From assembly GCF_024521635.1 (NCBI RefSeq), contig NW_026250428.1, positions 434,001 to 498,000 of the forward strand: a stretch of 64,000 nucleotides of DNA. Direction: 5' to 3'. How positions within the stretch are numbered: position 1 is the first letter of the stretch; each line of letters starts with the position of its first letter. Made by a program: the position numbers and the translations under genes. Under the pieces are notes generated by a model. The model saw only the letters and a program-made list of their open reading frames with translations, was not told the origin of the DNA and made no database searches. The stretch is from Tricharina praecox (Eukaryota). Of the stretch, positions 28,036-40,675 are shown piece by piece.

Positions 28036-28338
28036 CTATTCCCCGCAACGCGTCGCGTTAGCCACTGCTGCACACGTACTGGCAGAATCCGTCATCCGGA
28101 TTCCGGGCATGGCAGGATCGGATCGACAAGAGTGTGGCCTCGGGCGCGCCGCGCGCGCGAGTGGATCGATGGATAGCGGGGGGCTTACGGAATCGAAATC
28201 TATCGACTCGGTCTCGCCGACCATGCTCGAGCTGGACTCTGTGGTGTTGCTGTTCGTTGAGGACTGGGTTATCGCGGGCGACACGCAGTTGTCCGGGCAG
28301 CGCTGCGAGCACTGATGGCTTGACGATTGGGCGGACAT
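28036..28338 (-). CDS. Possible Ser-rich small protein (100 aa)
   Basis: ORF MSAQSSSHQCSQRCPDNC...; AT-rich TATTTAAT about 155 bp upstream. No recognisable domain. Confidence 0.3.
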   Translation of the reverse strand: MSAQSSSHQCSQRCPDNCVSPAITQSSTNSNTTESSSSMVGETESIDFDSVSPPLSIDPLARAARPRPHSCRSDPAMPGIRMTDSASTCAAVANATRCGE

Positions 28339-31300
28339 CGATCGTGCTTTGGTGGCTTGCGCTTGGTGGCTTGCGCTTGGTGGCTTGGTGGGTGGGGCAC
28401 CGAGTAGGTGCTCTAGGGGGGAGAGAGGGCGATGGGGGAACGGGAACAGGACGGAGCGTACGGACTGACTGCACCTCCTGTGGCTGGTCGGTATTAAATA
28501 TGAGGGTGCAGCTGAAGAAAAGGGTTCGCAATGCACGTCGCTACCGACATGTGGATGTGCAGAGGGGGCGCCAATCCTCAGCGGGAAGAATGGTTAATTA
28601 AAGGCGGCCGTCATGCCTGCGCCGGCAGGGAGCTGGATAGATGGGCAGGTGAAGGGTGAGGGAACAGGAGGAGACCTTGGTGATGTGGCCAATATCTACA
28701 TGCTGCATGCATGCACTCGGGGTAAATCCTCAACTTACTCTACATTCTTGCCTGTGATCACAACGATCAGAACGATCCTCCCGCTGACGACGATACCCTC
28801 GCCAGCGAACACTACCTCCCAGGCCTAGGGATGAAGTTTTAGGGCGACACACAGAGCCCGCGTCCACGATCCCCCTACGCCGGTAGACGAGCCTCGTTTA
28901 CAACTCCTCACCATCACCAGCACCAGCCCCCTTTACCCAGGAAAGCCCAGCCCAAACTCGAAGGGTTTAGAGTATCTACGCTCATGTCTCTCCCACCAGC
29001 TCTTAACCACAACTAACTACAGATCCCTGCCTTTACCCCGGCTCCAGCTTGTAACCGGCCGACCGAATCCTTCGCTACTCTTCCCCACAGCGCGCTAATC
29101 CACTTGGCTCCTGTACCGTTATGGGATCGCCCCTACGCTGGCGCCACAGCTTTGCCGGGATGGATGGGAATTGCCCAGGAGAGCGAAGTTGCAATTCCGT
29201 ACTCGTATCGACGGCGAACCGACTTAAGACACTGCGTCGGTGGCGTCGATTCGAATTTCGGTCTTGGATTGCAGAAGCCGGTCTTGACTCTTGTGCGGTC
29301 CCGAGAAACCGCCTTCGTCGGTAGGCGCCGGATGGGATGGGTGGGCGGGATGGATGGGTGGGTGGTCGCTGGTGACTGGGGGGTGTTGTTAGCCGTGCTG
29401 GGCCTTTGGATGATGTCGCTGGGAAACGGAATTCAGCGTGCACGAGTACCTACTCTACCTACACCGGTTTTCGGCTCGCTGGGCAGGCTGTCTTCAGCCG
29501 TGCTTGATGACTGATGTGGCTGCTGTGGCTGGGTATCGGAATCCAGCGTTCCCGTATCTCTCCACCGGTTTTTTTTTCGGCTCACCGAGTGGTTACATAA
29601 CCAATACCTACAGAGCCCAGAGGCGGCCGTTACTCGTTCACATCAGCCGTTATTTATTCATGTCAGCCATTATTCGTTCATGTCGGCAGTTGCTGCAGAA
29701 CGCGACAGGACAGGACCAGCCACCTGCCCATCTCGTATCATATGTACTCTATGTACGCGTTTTGGATGAGTGTACAATTTCGCCTGGCGAAATAACTTGT
29801 CGATGGATGCATAGTGCAGATTTCACGGGACGGGGACGGACGGGGACGAGCGACGGGGAATTTTGACGTTCGATAATGAGGGTCAATGCGCGGCGTTTTG
29901 GCTCTCAACTCAACTTAACTCAAGTCTACGATGCCCGGTCGGTTTCGCGTCGTGTGGAAACTAGAAAGATGCCTGATGCCAGTATTCATATACTCTGCAA
30001 AAAAAAGGCATGCCCCGTGTCCTGGTCACCGGGTTTGCATGGAGAACTGTCTGGCTTATGTAGTGATCTTACATATCTACCTGGACACCTACCAAAGAGC
30101 GGGGCGGTGAAGTCTGAACATGCCTGCGAGTTTCTCTTTGACTTTTCTTCCCTCTTGGCACGCATCCCCACCCCCCTCAAGACAACCGATTAGGACTCTG
30201 AGTCGACTACAATTCACGCGATTAGAGCATCTACATTTCCTGACCGTCCGCGATCAGGATGGTTCTTTTCTTTGTGACTTCTACATCCACAGCTGAGAAA
30301 TCTGGCGTGGTTGGTAATTGGTGACTTCCGCGCGTGTTTTGGATTAGCGAATAGTCTCTTCTTCTCCTCACAAAGACGGCGCGATGGCGAGGCGATATGT
30401 ACCAGCACCCCCTGCATGCGTTTCCAGCGGCCGGCTCCCTGTTGATTTGTCGAGCGAGAGCTGGCTGATAGGTACATACAAGCCACTGGAGACTAATGAC
30501 CATCCACAGTGTGTCAGTTGTCAGACTACATGAGAGGGGGGGGGGGATCACCGTCGCAAGTAATTCCAATGTCAGTACGTAGGCGGAGTGCTCTAACTAG
30601 CGGCAACACATAACTACCAGTGCGACGGGATGGGACTCCGGACTCTGGACTCTGGAGAACGCTGGGCTGGGCTGAGATGGGATGGGATGGGATTGGATGG
30701 GACTCTAAAGTCTGGACTCTGGGGAAGAAGGCGGGGATGGACTCTGGAGAAGGCAGGGCTGGGACTCCAGACTCTGGCGTTGGACTCTGGGGGAGAAGAA
30801 GGCGGGGATAGCGCGGCGGGGATGGGCGCGGCGCCAGATGGTGGAGGGGGGGGGGGGGGGGGGGGGGGCGGTCGAGACCCGCTATCCTGGACGCTAGTTA
30901 GGACGCATAGTTTGTGCTCGATAAGCTGCTGCTGCTGCTGCCGCTGCCGGTCGGACACAGCCTTCCGACGTACGCATCGAATCATGGGATGCATTTATTT
31001 CACCATCGAACCATCGCGCATCGGTCGGCGAACTTCGTGTGCTGCTGCGACCGACGACGCAAACGGAACGGAACCGACGGAACGGAAACGGAAACGCGGC
31101 AGGGAACGGGGCAGTGCAGTGCATAAATGCAAAAATGCGGATGTTCCGGTCGGTCGTGTCGTCGCGTCGGTTCACACGGCTTGAAGCTTAAGGCGAAGAT
31201 GTCTGATGGTGAGGGACCCTCGGCGGGTATGGACGACTGATGAACCGATTCAATTGCGTAAAAAAGCAACAAGAAAGAAAAGCAGGCCTGTAAACTTCAA

Positions 31301-31536
31301 GCCTGTAAACTTCAAGAGATAACAACTGTCTGCGGCGTTGATAAAAAATGGCTGATGTGCGACCGAATAGTACTATACGAACAGAAAAGCAGCAACAGAG
31401 AACATTTCAACGTTTAGCGACCGCATCGGGTCTACCCGCCATGACACTTGGTCCCACCATACCGCCGCTCATCCCTCCCCGCTCTCCGCAACACAGAGGC
31501 GCCTCTGCCTCCGAAGCCGACAGTATGTCTGAAGGT

Positions 31537-31634
31537 ATTGACGCGGACGATACGAGACGGATTGACGCGGACGATACGAGACGGATTGACGCGGACGATA
31601 CGAGACGGATTGACGCGGACGATACGAGACGGAT
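31537..31634. repeat. 24-bp tandem repeat x4
   Basis: ATTGACGCGGACGATACGAGACGG repeated exactly four times. Confidence 0.95.
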
Positions 31635-32204
31635 CGCCGGAAGTGCGACGAGACGAGACGAGACAAGACTGTGGTGCTGTGCATTACCTAGAGTATTCAG
31701 CAGAGTCTCAGGCTCGGATCGGCGCTGTCAGTCATGTTCCGACGTCCGTGGCTGCAGCCTGCGGGACGATACGACATGGACGACATAGACAATGGACTTT
31801 GACAACCGGAACTCCGCTGGAGCCTAGAGCGACGTCGTGACATGACATGATATTTCTGCATTCTGTATTCTTGCATTCTTGGTGTTGCTCCAGCCTCCAG
31901 CGACTTCCCAGGGATGGATAAGGAATAACCACACAGCTTTCATTATTCTCCCACTCTCATCGGAGCCGTGCGCTTCCTTCCTTCCTTCCTTCCTTCGTAC
32001 CGTCATCCTGCGACAAGATAAATATTACATGTAAATCCCAAATCCAGACACCCCTTCGTGAAGCAAACCCCCAGTCAAAATGCCCGTGATATCCGCGCAG
32101 CCATAATGATAACCGCGTCAAAAAGAAAAAAGCAACCCAAACGAACCGAACGAACCGAACCAAAGAACCAAACGAAATCCTCTTCTCCGTGCCCTCCTAT
32201 TCTC

Positions 32205-32599
32205 CTAATGGGCAGCGATTCCGAGCTTCTTCTTCACGAACTTCTTGCTGTGTAGCACCCGTTCCGTTAACCCTTGGCTCTGGCCCTGGGGTGGTGGTAG
32301 GTGGTGGTAGATGGTGGTAGGTGGTGGAGGTGGTGGATGGAAAAGGGCAGAGGGAAACATACAGTTTATCCGCGAGGCCATGCTTCTCGGCAAAAGCCTT
32401 AGCTTTTTCGGCGTTCTCATTCTTCTTTTCCTGTGGGTGCGCATACATGCACGTCAGCGACGATCTCCATTTAGGGCAGAGGGAAGGGGCGAGAGGCAAG
32501 ACGCGAGGGGAGGCGAGGGAGTGCGGAGAGAACAGCGGGGAACATGTCACATACGGCGGGGGTGGGCTGGACAGCCATGACCTCTTGCGGTTGAGACAT
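32205..32599 (-). CDS. 51-aa Lys-rich amphipathic microprotein, 3 exons
   Basis: Exons 32599-32555, 32430-32363 and 32247-32205. Both introns are GTATGT...CAG with branch sites CTGAC and TTAAC. Spliced protein: MSQPQEVMAVQPTPAEKKNENAEKAKAFAEKHGLADKLKKFVKKKLGIAAH. Confidence 0.85.
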
Positions 32600-34168
32600 G
32601 ACGGGGTCGGTGGTGGTGGTTGTGGGAACGCGGCAGGCGGAGAAGAAGAGTAGGAGTCTTTCTCCAGCGACGGTGATGCTGATGCTGATGAGGGAAGGTG
32701 GAGAAGGAGGAAGAGGAGGGAGGAGGAGTAGCAGGGACGATCGAGGGTGTCGGGAAATGCGAGCTATACTATATACTACATCCCCCATCCCCATCCCACC
32801 CAGTGACCCAGCTCCTTTGTTTTATGGCACACCCACCCACTCACCCGTCCGTCGCGGGCAGGGGAGGAGAGGGCAGAAAGCGCAACCGTCCGTCCATCCA
32901 TCCATCGTTGGTGGGTGTGTCTGCAGGCGGCCGAGCTACCCAACTACCCAACCCAACTGTTCGTTAGGATGATTTCGTATCCTCGGCTGCACACCTCCAT
33001 GCTCCACTCCATGCTGCGCGGTACAGGGTCGGGTCGGACCCCAGCAGTTCATCATACCTAACCAAGGCTGAAGCGAAGTCCCCATAGTTGACTATCCCAG
33101 CCAAACAAAAATCCGCTACGCACCCAGCCCCCAGAGTCCCAGACCCAGAGGATGAGGATGACTTTGAGCTGCGCAGAGTCTGCATGGGCATATGATACTG
33201 AACGAACGAGCGAACCCGGACCCGGCTTTGGAGATGTGATCGCTCGATGGCGAGTCTGGTCGCGGCCCCCCTCCTTCCCCGGGCCCCCAGCCCACAATGC
33301 ACATGACTCCTTGCTGCACTGTAACACTGTTTGTTCTTTTTTTGGAGCCCCTTTCATTCCACCAGCCTGCACTGCTGTGCAGCATGACGCGCGCCCGTCC
33401 GGCGTCCGCATGCCGGCCCCACAAACTTTCTCCTCCGCCTCCTCGTCGTCCGGCGCGTCGCTTCCATCACTGGTGTTTTTCGCTTGTTGGCCATTACTCC
33501 ACTAGTAAAGCTTGGTGCAATGCAATGGTCGGCACCGTCTGTAGGATCACATGGAGAAGAGTAGATATCCCTTGATAGTACTCTACTTTCAGCAGTTTGT
33601 CGGTACCGTTGCGTTTCGTTGCGCGTGCAGTCGCCTGAAACGGCATTTGCGCAGATTCCACTGCCCAGAATGCAGGGTTCCCCGCCATGCCATGCCGACG
33701 CGTCGCGAGCATCCACCACCACCACCGCCACCCACCGCCACCAGCACGACCACCACGACCACCAGCACGACCACCACGACCACCAGCACGACCACCACGA
33801 CCACCAGAACCAACCTCCTCCTCCGCCCCGCCCTTACCACAACCAGCCGAGAAAACGAAACCGCCGTGCCGAAGGATGTGACATCCGGCCGTCGGTGATA
33901 CAAAAACTCCGGTTGACTCTTGAGTCTCGAGCACTCGCATCCGGGTGAAGTCCTTCGCACTGCTCTAGACTCAGAGTACTATATAGTAAACTCTAGTTAG
34001 TCGTCAAATCGAAATCGAAATTGATACGGACCCACCGTTGTTTCCCGGCTGAAATCCCCCCCTACTGTACTGCTATGTCGATACCTATACAGGTACTCTG
34101 CGGCCGATCCCATGCCATGGTAGAGTAGGTGCCCGGGCCCCAGAGAAAGCTGCTGTGTATGTACCTTT

Positions 34169-34510
34169 GAGAGACCCAAAAACGGGTGAGGGTGAGGGTG
34201 AGGGTGAGGAACAAAAATGGGATCAATTGGACTAAAGTTCTCGGTCGATGGTGATGGTGGCGATGATGGCGCTGATGATGAAAAGAAAACAAGACGAGCA
34301 AGGACGACAGAAATGCATAGTCTCAGCAAAAACAATGCAACGTTTGACGACCGCATCGGGTTTCCCATCAGAAACCCTTAGCGTCACCCCCAAGAGGGGC
34401 AAGACAGCTGGTCTCACCAGGTCCCGACAAAGTCTCGCTCCTCCATCAGTTGGTCCCACTCAGGTCCCGGCAGAGTCCCGCTCCTTCGGCGCTCACCGGT
34501 GACGCCAAGC
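34169..34510 (+). repeat. Dispersed repeat family member (related to 43780-44115 minus and 31400-31515 plus)
   Basis: Shared blocks: GAGAGACCCAAA, AGGAACAAAAA, GACCGCATCGG, CCAGGTYCCGACAA, CAGTTGGTCCCAC, GACGCCAAGC. Confidence 0.75.
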
Positions 34511-35619
34511 CGGTTATCCGAGTTGAGAGTGGCAGTGAGAGTGGGAGTCAAATTGCAGGAGGAGGCCGTAGTGCCGCCGGTTAGCCGTAAGAGGTGGAGA
34601 AGAGGGGGTAGATTTCGATCTGGGAAACGCATGTATCTACTCTATGTATCCCACAGGGCAGGGAAGGTTCACGTCACGGTCCCGTTGCCATCGAAAGTAA
34701 ATGTCCGTGCTCAATCCTTATTTCTGGCCGCGTCTTCCAGCCAGATACAATATCCAAATACTCTATGTAGGCTGCATTAGTTAGCGAGCAGATGTCTTCC
34801 GCAAGCTATGCTGTGTGCAATGTTTCGTGTTGATACCTGTTTAGGCACGTCATACACACTAGGCCATGCCAGGGCATGTCTACTATACGGTGTAGGCATG
34901 TATGTATGTAAGATATATACTGGCTGGCATACACATAGTCGCCAGTGTGTGAAGATCGCGGGCGCCCGGCGCCGGTGTACGGTGTGTATAAGGAGCGGCT
35001 GTCCGATGATCGATCACCCGTCACCGTGGGAGGCGGGACCACCTGTTCTACTTCTCTAGCGTCTGTTCTGTTCTGTTTGTTTGTCTCTCGAGGAGTTGGA
35101 GAGTCGGAGATGGCAGTATTACGGTCCTGCGGCTTGCCCAACCTCTGCCGCCCCCCGGTTTTTTCGAGTGTCGAGATCGAGCAGTCCATTGCCGTCGCCA
35201 TCGTGCATAGAGTACCTAGATTATTGCTACGTACAGAAGTCCGCCTGGAATAGAACAATGAATACTACTTGTTGACTGGTCACAGTTGTGGCGAGTCTAC
35301 GCACCAACGGCGCACGGGTGTCGCTCGCGTGCTCGTCACTGTTTTCGAGGCATGGGGGATGTGAGGGATGCGCTGGTAGAACTACTTCGAACTTAAAAGC
35401 GCGAGATCCGCCGCTGTGGTGGGTTGTGTGCAGACACAACCGCTGATGGTGTTTCAAAGGTCAGCATCCGAGTGACAGACTGTGATTTCGCTGACCCGGT
35501 ATCGGGACTCGACTCGCTGGATAATCGTCCGAAACTGTCATGTACGTTAATCTGCTGCGTGATGGAAGTAAACTATGGATCTGCCGAGCAGACATCAAAT
35601 ATCTCACTGGTAGCAGAGA

Positions 35620-35880
35620 AGCGAAGAAACTTGGGCAGACGGTGGGGGCATTCTTGGGTATCCAACGACGGAACCCTATTCAATCATGGCAGAACCGAAG
35701 CGATCCTGTTTGGTACCCAACTATGGGAAGTTGGGAGCCATCCCATGATCCCTGTGAGAGACTGAAGATCCATTTCGATAAGGAAGCTATCTGTTGGCTG
35801 GGAGTCTGGCTGTATTCTCAACGCACCTCGAAGGAGCATCAGTCGAAACGCCTGCAGAAGGGAAGGGAAGGACGCAATGG
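35620..35880 (+). mobile_element. Degenerate LINE reverse-transcriptase C-terminal fragment
   Basis: FNHGRTEAILF and, in another frame, IHFDKEAICWLGVWLYSQRTSKEH match the non-LTR RT motifs KTE and (Y/W)LGVxLDxxL. Confidence 0.75.
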
Positions 35881-37029
35881 CCACATGGACAGACCTGCTG
35901 ACAGAGTGCATATACGTTCGCATATTTATTAGAACTATACTAAAACGGTTCGATTATCCAGTTAGAACTAGTCAAACTGAATAACTAGCAACAAGCGTAT
36001 CACGTGACACATGAATGTCAACAGAAGAAGGAAGCGGAAGAAGAGTATGCGGTTCTGATGACACCGCTGCAATCGATAACGAGTCTCCGACTCCCGAAAG
36101 TTGGAGTCAGTAAGTGGAAGGGAGTACCAAGTTCTATGTAGAGAATCTTGGAGCCATCACTCGACTGAACTCGCAAAATTCAGAACTGAACTGACGAATG
36201 AAGCAGTTTTTCGAAGAGCAACATTCCAATTTCCGACAAACTGGATCTGGATACTGGTGGATGTGGTGACTTCCGCAGCCGCGGTTCACGGGCTCTGAGA
36301 TTCTGGAAAACGTAAACTACCCTCGACTCTCCATCCCCCATTGTCAGGTTATTTGCAGTGCGAATGTTAATCGGTCGGTTACAACTGGCCGGTGCAAGTC
36401 TCTAACCCTAACCCTAATCCTGGAGGTGACCCCTCAGACGACGAACCCTCTGATGGTGATGAGCCTTCAACGAGAAGCCCATCGTCGTACCATCGACGGT
36501 GTACCCCTCCGTGCAGGAAGAACGACATCGAGAACGAGATACAATGCTTTGTGCATGGAATGGCTGAAGCCCTTACCGCGTTGAATCGAGGGGTTCAGAA
36601 ACTTGCAGTGCCTCAAAGTTAACATAGATGATAAAAAGGACGAGTGAGCGTTGAAGACGGGAGACCTCAGACTTGGTGTCAAGATGCCAGAGGCTGGAGA
36701 TACTCGTGTTTGCGTGTAGGCTGGAAGACAAATGTCAACCGCCGATGTCGTGCATTCTTTCATTACATGTTATCTAAGAAGTAGCTACACGGTGGAAAAA
36801 ACAAGAAGAAAGAAGAAAAAAGCAGCCAGGCAGAAACTTGTGGCGGCGATTCTCTATAAACAATGTGTATCTCCCCTAGTACCTACTGCCGGCACAGTAT
36901 AAACGCAACCCAAAACCGAAACACCGATCACGGGCAATATTTACCAATCAATAAGCAAAGAACCAATCAATACAGTAAAGAACCAATCAATACAGCGAAG
37001 AACGCCGATAAAACAACACGAGAATAAGA

Positions 37030-37173
37030 ACAGTAGTAGTAGAAGTAGTAGAAGTAGTGGTAGTAGTAGAAGGGGTAGAAGGGGTAGAAGGAGTAGAAGC
37101 AGTAGAAGTAATAGAAGTAGTAGGAGTAGTAGGAGTAGTAGCAGTAGTAGCAGTAGTAGTAGTAGAAGAAGAA
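37030..37173. repeat. (AGT/AGA/AGC)n degenerate trinucleotide microsatellite
   Basis: Visible directly; it generates the spurious poly-Leu and poly-Thr ORFs. Confidence 0.9.
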
Positions 37174-37260
37174 GTTTCATGACCGAAGGAGGAAACGCGT
37201 ACAGCAGTTTGCGCGGAAAAGAAAAGAAATCCTGACCCGTCCCTCCACCGCATCAATCCT

Positions 37261-37996
37261 TCAAGTTTCGTCCCTGTTATACGGCATCCCTATCCACTCC
37301 TCGGGCGCCATTGCGTGATGATCGAGGCCGATGCACTTGAAGTCCCAGGTATCGTCGATTTCAGACTCATCCTCCGAGTCGAACTCCATGTCGAGCTCGG
37401 CGGCTGCCAGAAGGAACCGAGCCTTTTCAGACGCCCTCTCTTGCTTTGTGATCCTCGCCTGTGCGCCCTTTCGGGAACTCTCCGTCGGTGCTGACTGGGT
37501 CCTGCGCAGGACGGGGAGAGGTTGGCGGACGATACGGAGGCTGGAGGTTCGTTGAGGGGTGACGGTGGGCGGGTCGTCTCCAAACGGGGTCAATGGCCTG
37601 GAAGAGGGTGTGGCCGGGTCTTCTCGAAGCGGGGTCAATGGCCTGGAAGAGGGCGTGGCCGGGCCGTCTCCAAACGGGGTCAATGGCCGGGAAGAGGGTG
37701 TGGCCAGGTCGTCTCCGAACAGGGTAGATTGCCTGAAAGAGGAAGTGGTCTGGCGGAAGAGGGTTGTGATCGGGCGTGAGAAGGCCGTGGCCGGACGGGC
37801 GAGGGGTGTGACGGGGCGTGAAAAGATCGTATTTCGGCGGGAGATGGGGGAACTCGGGCAGGAGCGAGTGAAACTCAAGGACCACCTGGAGGTGCACCCT
37901 GGTTGTGGGATACTGTCAGCTTACTGCCGGGGAGCGAGCAGAAGAGGATAGATGGGGGTATATACCAGCGTCGACATCATGCTCCTTGTTCGCCAT
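37261..37996 (-). CDS. Ser/Thr/Pro-rich orphan protein with C-terminal WDFKCxGLDH motif (paralog 2), 222 aa
   Basis: Exons 37996-37966 (MANKEHDVDA) and 37898-37261; phase-1 intron GTATAT...GCTGAC...CAG. Three 15-aa repeats (ATPSSRPLTPFGDDP). C-terminus EKARFLLA...DTWDFKCIGLDHHAMAPEEWIGMPY. Confidence 0.82.
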
Positions 37997-38689
37997 AATA
38001 ATTTACTGCTGCTTTGGGTAACAGCGTGCTGGAAACTGGGTGTAGGCGGTGTGATGGAAAAGCTGAGGAGGGGTGGTAAAGCTGAGGAGGAGTGGAGGGG
38101 TTGATTGATTTGATGTCGATGTGCTCCTAGCCCAAGTCAATCGCTAGTTTACCGAGTGATGGTGCTCGGAGAAAGCAAGCAAGTAAAGAATGTACTGGCA
38201 GCGGGCACAACGAGCGGGTCCAGCCACGGCACAGCGACAGACACAACATGATACGGCACCACGCAGACCCACAGTTCTCCCAATGCCCTAGTTCGAGTGT
38301 GCGTTTCTCACGTGACTGGCCTGTCTCTGCGAACGCACATCAACAGGCGTCGCTCCGTCACTGGCCGTCTTCCTCAAGGTACGCCCCGATGGCTGGAGAA
38401 ATTGCATCAGACGAGAAGGGGCAGGCAGGGGAACCTCTTTTCCTCCCAACCCACCCAAACTTTGCCCCTCCGGCCACAGACACACCAACCCCAACCCCGA
38501 CCTCGGGCAGAGTAATAGACTGGCACGCGGTGAGAGCTAGAGCGGAGGAAAGGGTACGGGCTGGACGGCCGGAGATCCCGGTATGCGGGGGAAGAGATGA
38601 GGCGTTAGACTGGCTGGAGGAGTTGGTTGGAGGAGTTGGTTGGAGAAGGGAGCTTTGATGTGGGGTTTTGAAAAGACTGATGGACATGT

Positions 38690-38890
38690 CACGCGTGCTT
38701 TCCTTTTTCACTTTGTCATCTTATTTTTCTTCTTTCTTTCTGTCTCTCTATGTGCAGATGGGCTGGGCGGAGAGCAAAAGGAAACCCACATCGAGCTCGC
38801 GGCCTGCGGTCGGAGGCAGTGGGATGGAACCGGATTTTTGTACAGCCATGATCTGATAAGGTCGAATGCTATGATCATGAAACAAAAAAA
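38690..38890 (+). mobile_element. Tad1-like LINE 3' UTR relic (copy C)
   Basis: GGGCGGAGAGCAAAAGGAAACCCACATCGAGC...GCCATGATCTGATAAGGTCGAATGC...AAACAAAAAAA resembles copies A, B and D. Confidence 0.6.
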
Positions 38891-38989
38891 GCCCCGATGG
38901 CTAGTAGAAACGCGAGGCTATTTTGCTGACATCTGATGTACTTACCAAACAATGTGTCCGGCGTAGACTTTAGTGCTTCAGTCTTCAGA

Positions 38990-39125
38990 TAAAACATCAT
39001 ACGGTCTAGCTAGAGTACATGTACAGTTTTTTCTTGCATAGCGCTCACATGATCCCCAGTAATACTCGACGCAATTCATTGCACGATGAAACTTGGGGTA
39101 AAATATCACATGACGACCGGCGGGC
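38990..39125 (-). mobile_element. IS630/Tc1-mariner-like DDE transposase relic
   Basis: A frame absent from the ORF track reads GRHVIFYPKFHRAMNCVEYYWGSCERYARKNCTCTL. This matches the fungal transposase motif HxxxF(L/Y)PKFHCELNxIExYWGxxKRxxRxxC. Stops lie on both sides. Confidence 0.75.
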
Positions 39126-40017
39126 AAGGCTATTCAAACGCTGCTGCGTGGCTCTCGATCGGCGCCCCATGGATCCGGAAAAGAAGATTGTGGTTAGTGA
39201 AGTAGAGCAGTAAATTTCGGTAGACATGGAGAAATCCTTCACCGAAATTTAAGATTTTCCGGGCTGAACTCAATTCCGCCGGAGCAGATCCGTCACAGCT
39301 TCTTTTGAGTTTGAGCACCCGAGCATTTTTTCCAGTCGATAATCGTACAAAATCCACGTGTTCATGTCATCGAAGAATTCTACGCCAACAACCGATCATG
39401 TATCCAACGACGGAGCAAGAGGATTCACCACACCTTCCCCAGTCCCCGTCATTGTCTGCCATTGAACCGGTATAAAAAATAGGCCTTTACAAACCGCAGG
39501 CACAATCTCACCAGCATCTATCTCTCGATGAGGGCTAACCTAAGCGTCATATAGTGCATAGTTGCAATCAGTTGAGAGGCCTTGGTTGCAGTAAACGCAC
39601 GGTGGAAGGATGTGTATCTAGGGCCAACGTACAGAATTAACATGTAGATTCGTCGACACCTACTACATCTATGAGCGCCTCCCATCGGTGTACACCACCG
39701 TTTACCACTCAAAGATGGGAAAGGAGCGGTGGCCGGCCAGGAGATTGTCGTCCGTCGCATTATAGCGTCTCTGGTAATCACCCTCGTCGACTGATCAGGG
39801 GAGTGGAGAGCGATAAGCCTCCGCTAACTTCTCCAGCAAATGCGAACAATCTATATTCGCGCGAGCGAGATGCCAGCATCCCTTCGATTCCCGTCCAATG
39901 CGCCAATCGACAAACCAATGACAGAACCAATGACAGCACCAATGAAAACCCGCAAGGCTCCTCTCCCGTAGGAAGCTCACGGCAATCACTTCCCCAGAGC
40001 GGCACAAAGAGATCCAC

Positions 40018-40675
40018 TCACCGCCGACTCCAGCAGCCCAACAGCGTCCGTACCCATCCCTTCCCCACGAGCGTACTCACAGCATCGAGCTCATACAGCC
40101 TAGCAGCTCTCAGCTGCGCCTGCAGTTCATCCTCGCGCTCAGGCATGCCAATCAAGCCACCCACATCCCTCAGTTCCAGCTCCTTCTCCTCCACCGCATC
40201 CTCTCCCGCCTCCTCCACCAAAACCTCCCCCGGCGCACGCCTCATCTCTGCGTCCCTCCAGCTCCGCCAGAACTCCGACAGCACCCTCACGACATCTCGA
40301 TCCCGCAGGTACACGAGGACATACTCGGGATCTCTCTCGAGTGCGCGGAGCCTTTGCGTCACATCCTTTCGTCCCAGCAGGTGAATCGCCGAGGTATTGA
40401 AGCGGAGGATATTCGTGAGCGTGGTCTCGTCCAGAATCGCGGAGAGAAAGGCGGGGTTGCGGAGGATGTGGCCACCGCCGCGAGAGCTGCGGGAGGATTC
40501 ACGACTGCCGCGGTGGCAGGCGCTCGGTGAGACGGGCGGGATGAGGAGGCCGGTCTGTAGAGCGGCCCGTTAGTTAGCGGTGAAGGTACGTGGAGGGGGT
40601 ACTTGCCGCTCCGGAGAAGAAGGCGGATCTCTCGGAGAGAGTCAGGTCCGCTGGGATGGCGGATGCGACGGGCAT
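40018..40675 (-). CDS. Hypothetical protein, 201 aa, 2 exons with a GC-AG intron
   Basis: Exons 40675-40607 and 40554-40018; intron GCAAGT...GCTAAC...CAG (52 nt) joins MPVASAIPADLTLSERSAFFSGA in frame to a 179-codon open exon. Confidence 0.7.

Noticed and set aside
36392..36622. Possible LTR-retrotransposon gag fragment with CCCTAA telomere-like hexamers
   Set aside because: No LTRs or pol motifs, and only 2-3 hexamers.
36941..37256. Poly-Leu and poly-Thr ORFs
   Set aside because: Translations of a trinucleotide microsatellite.
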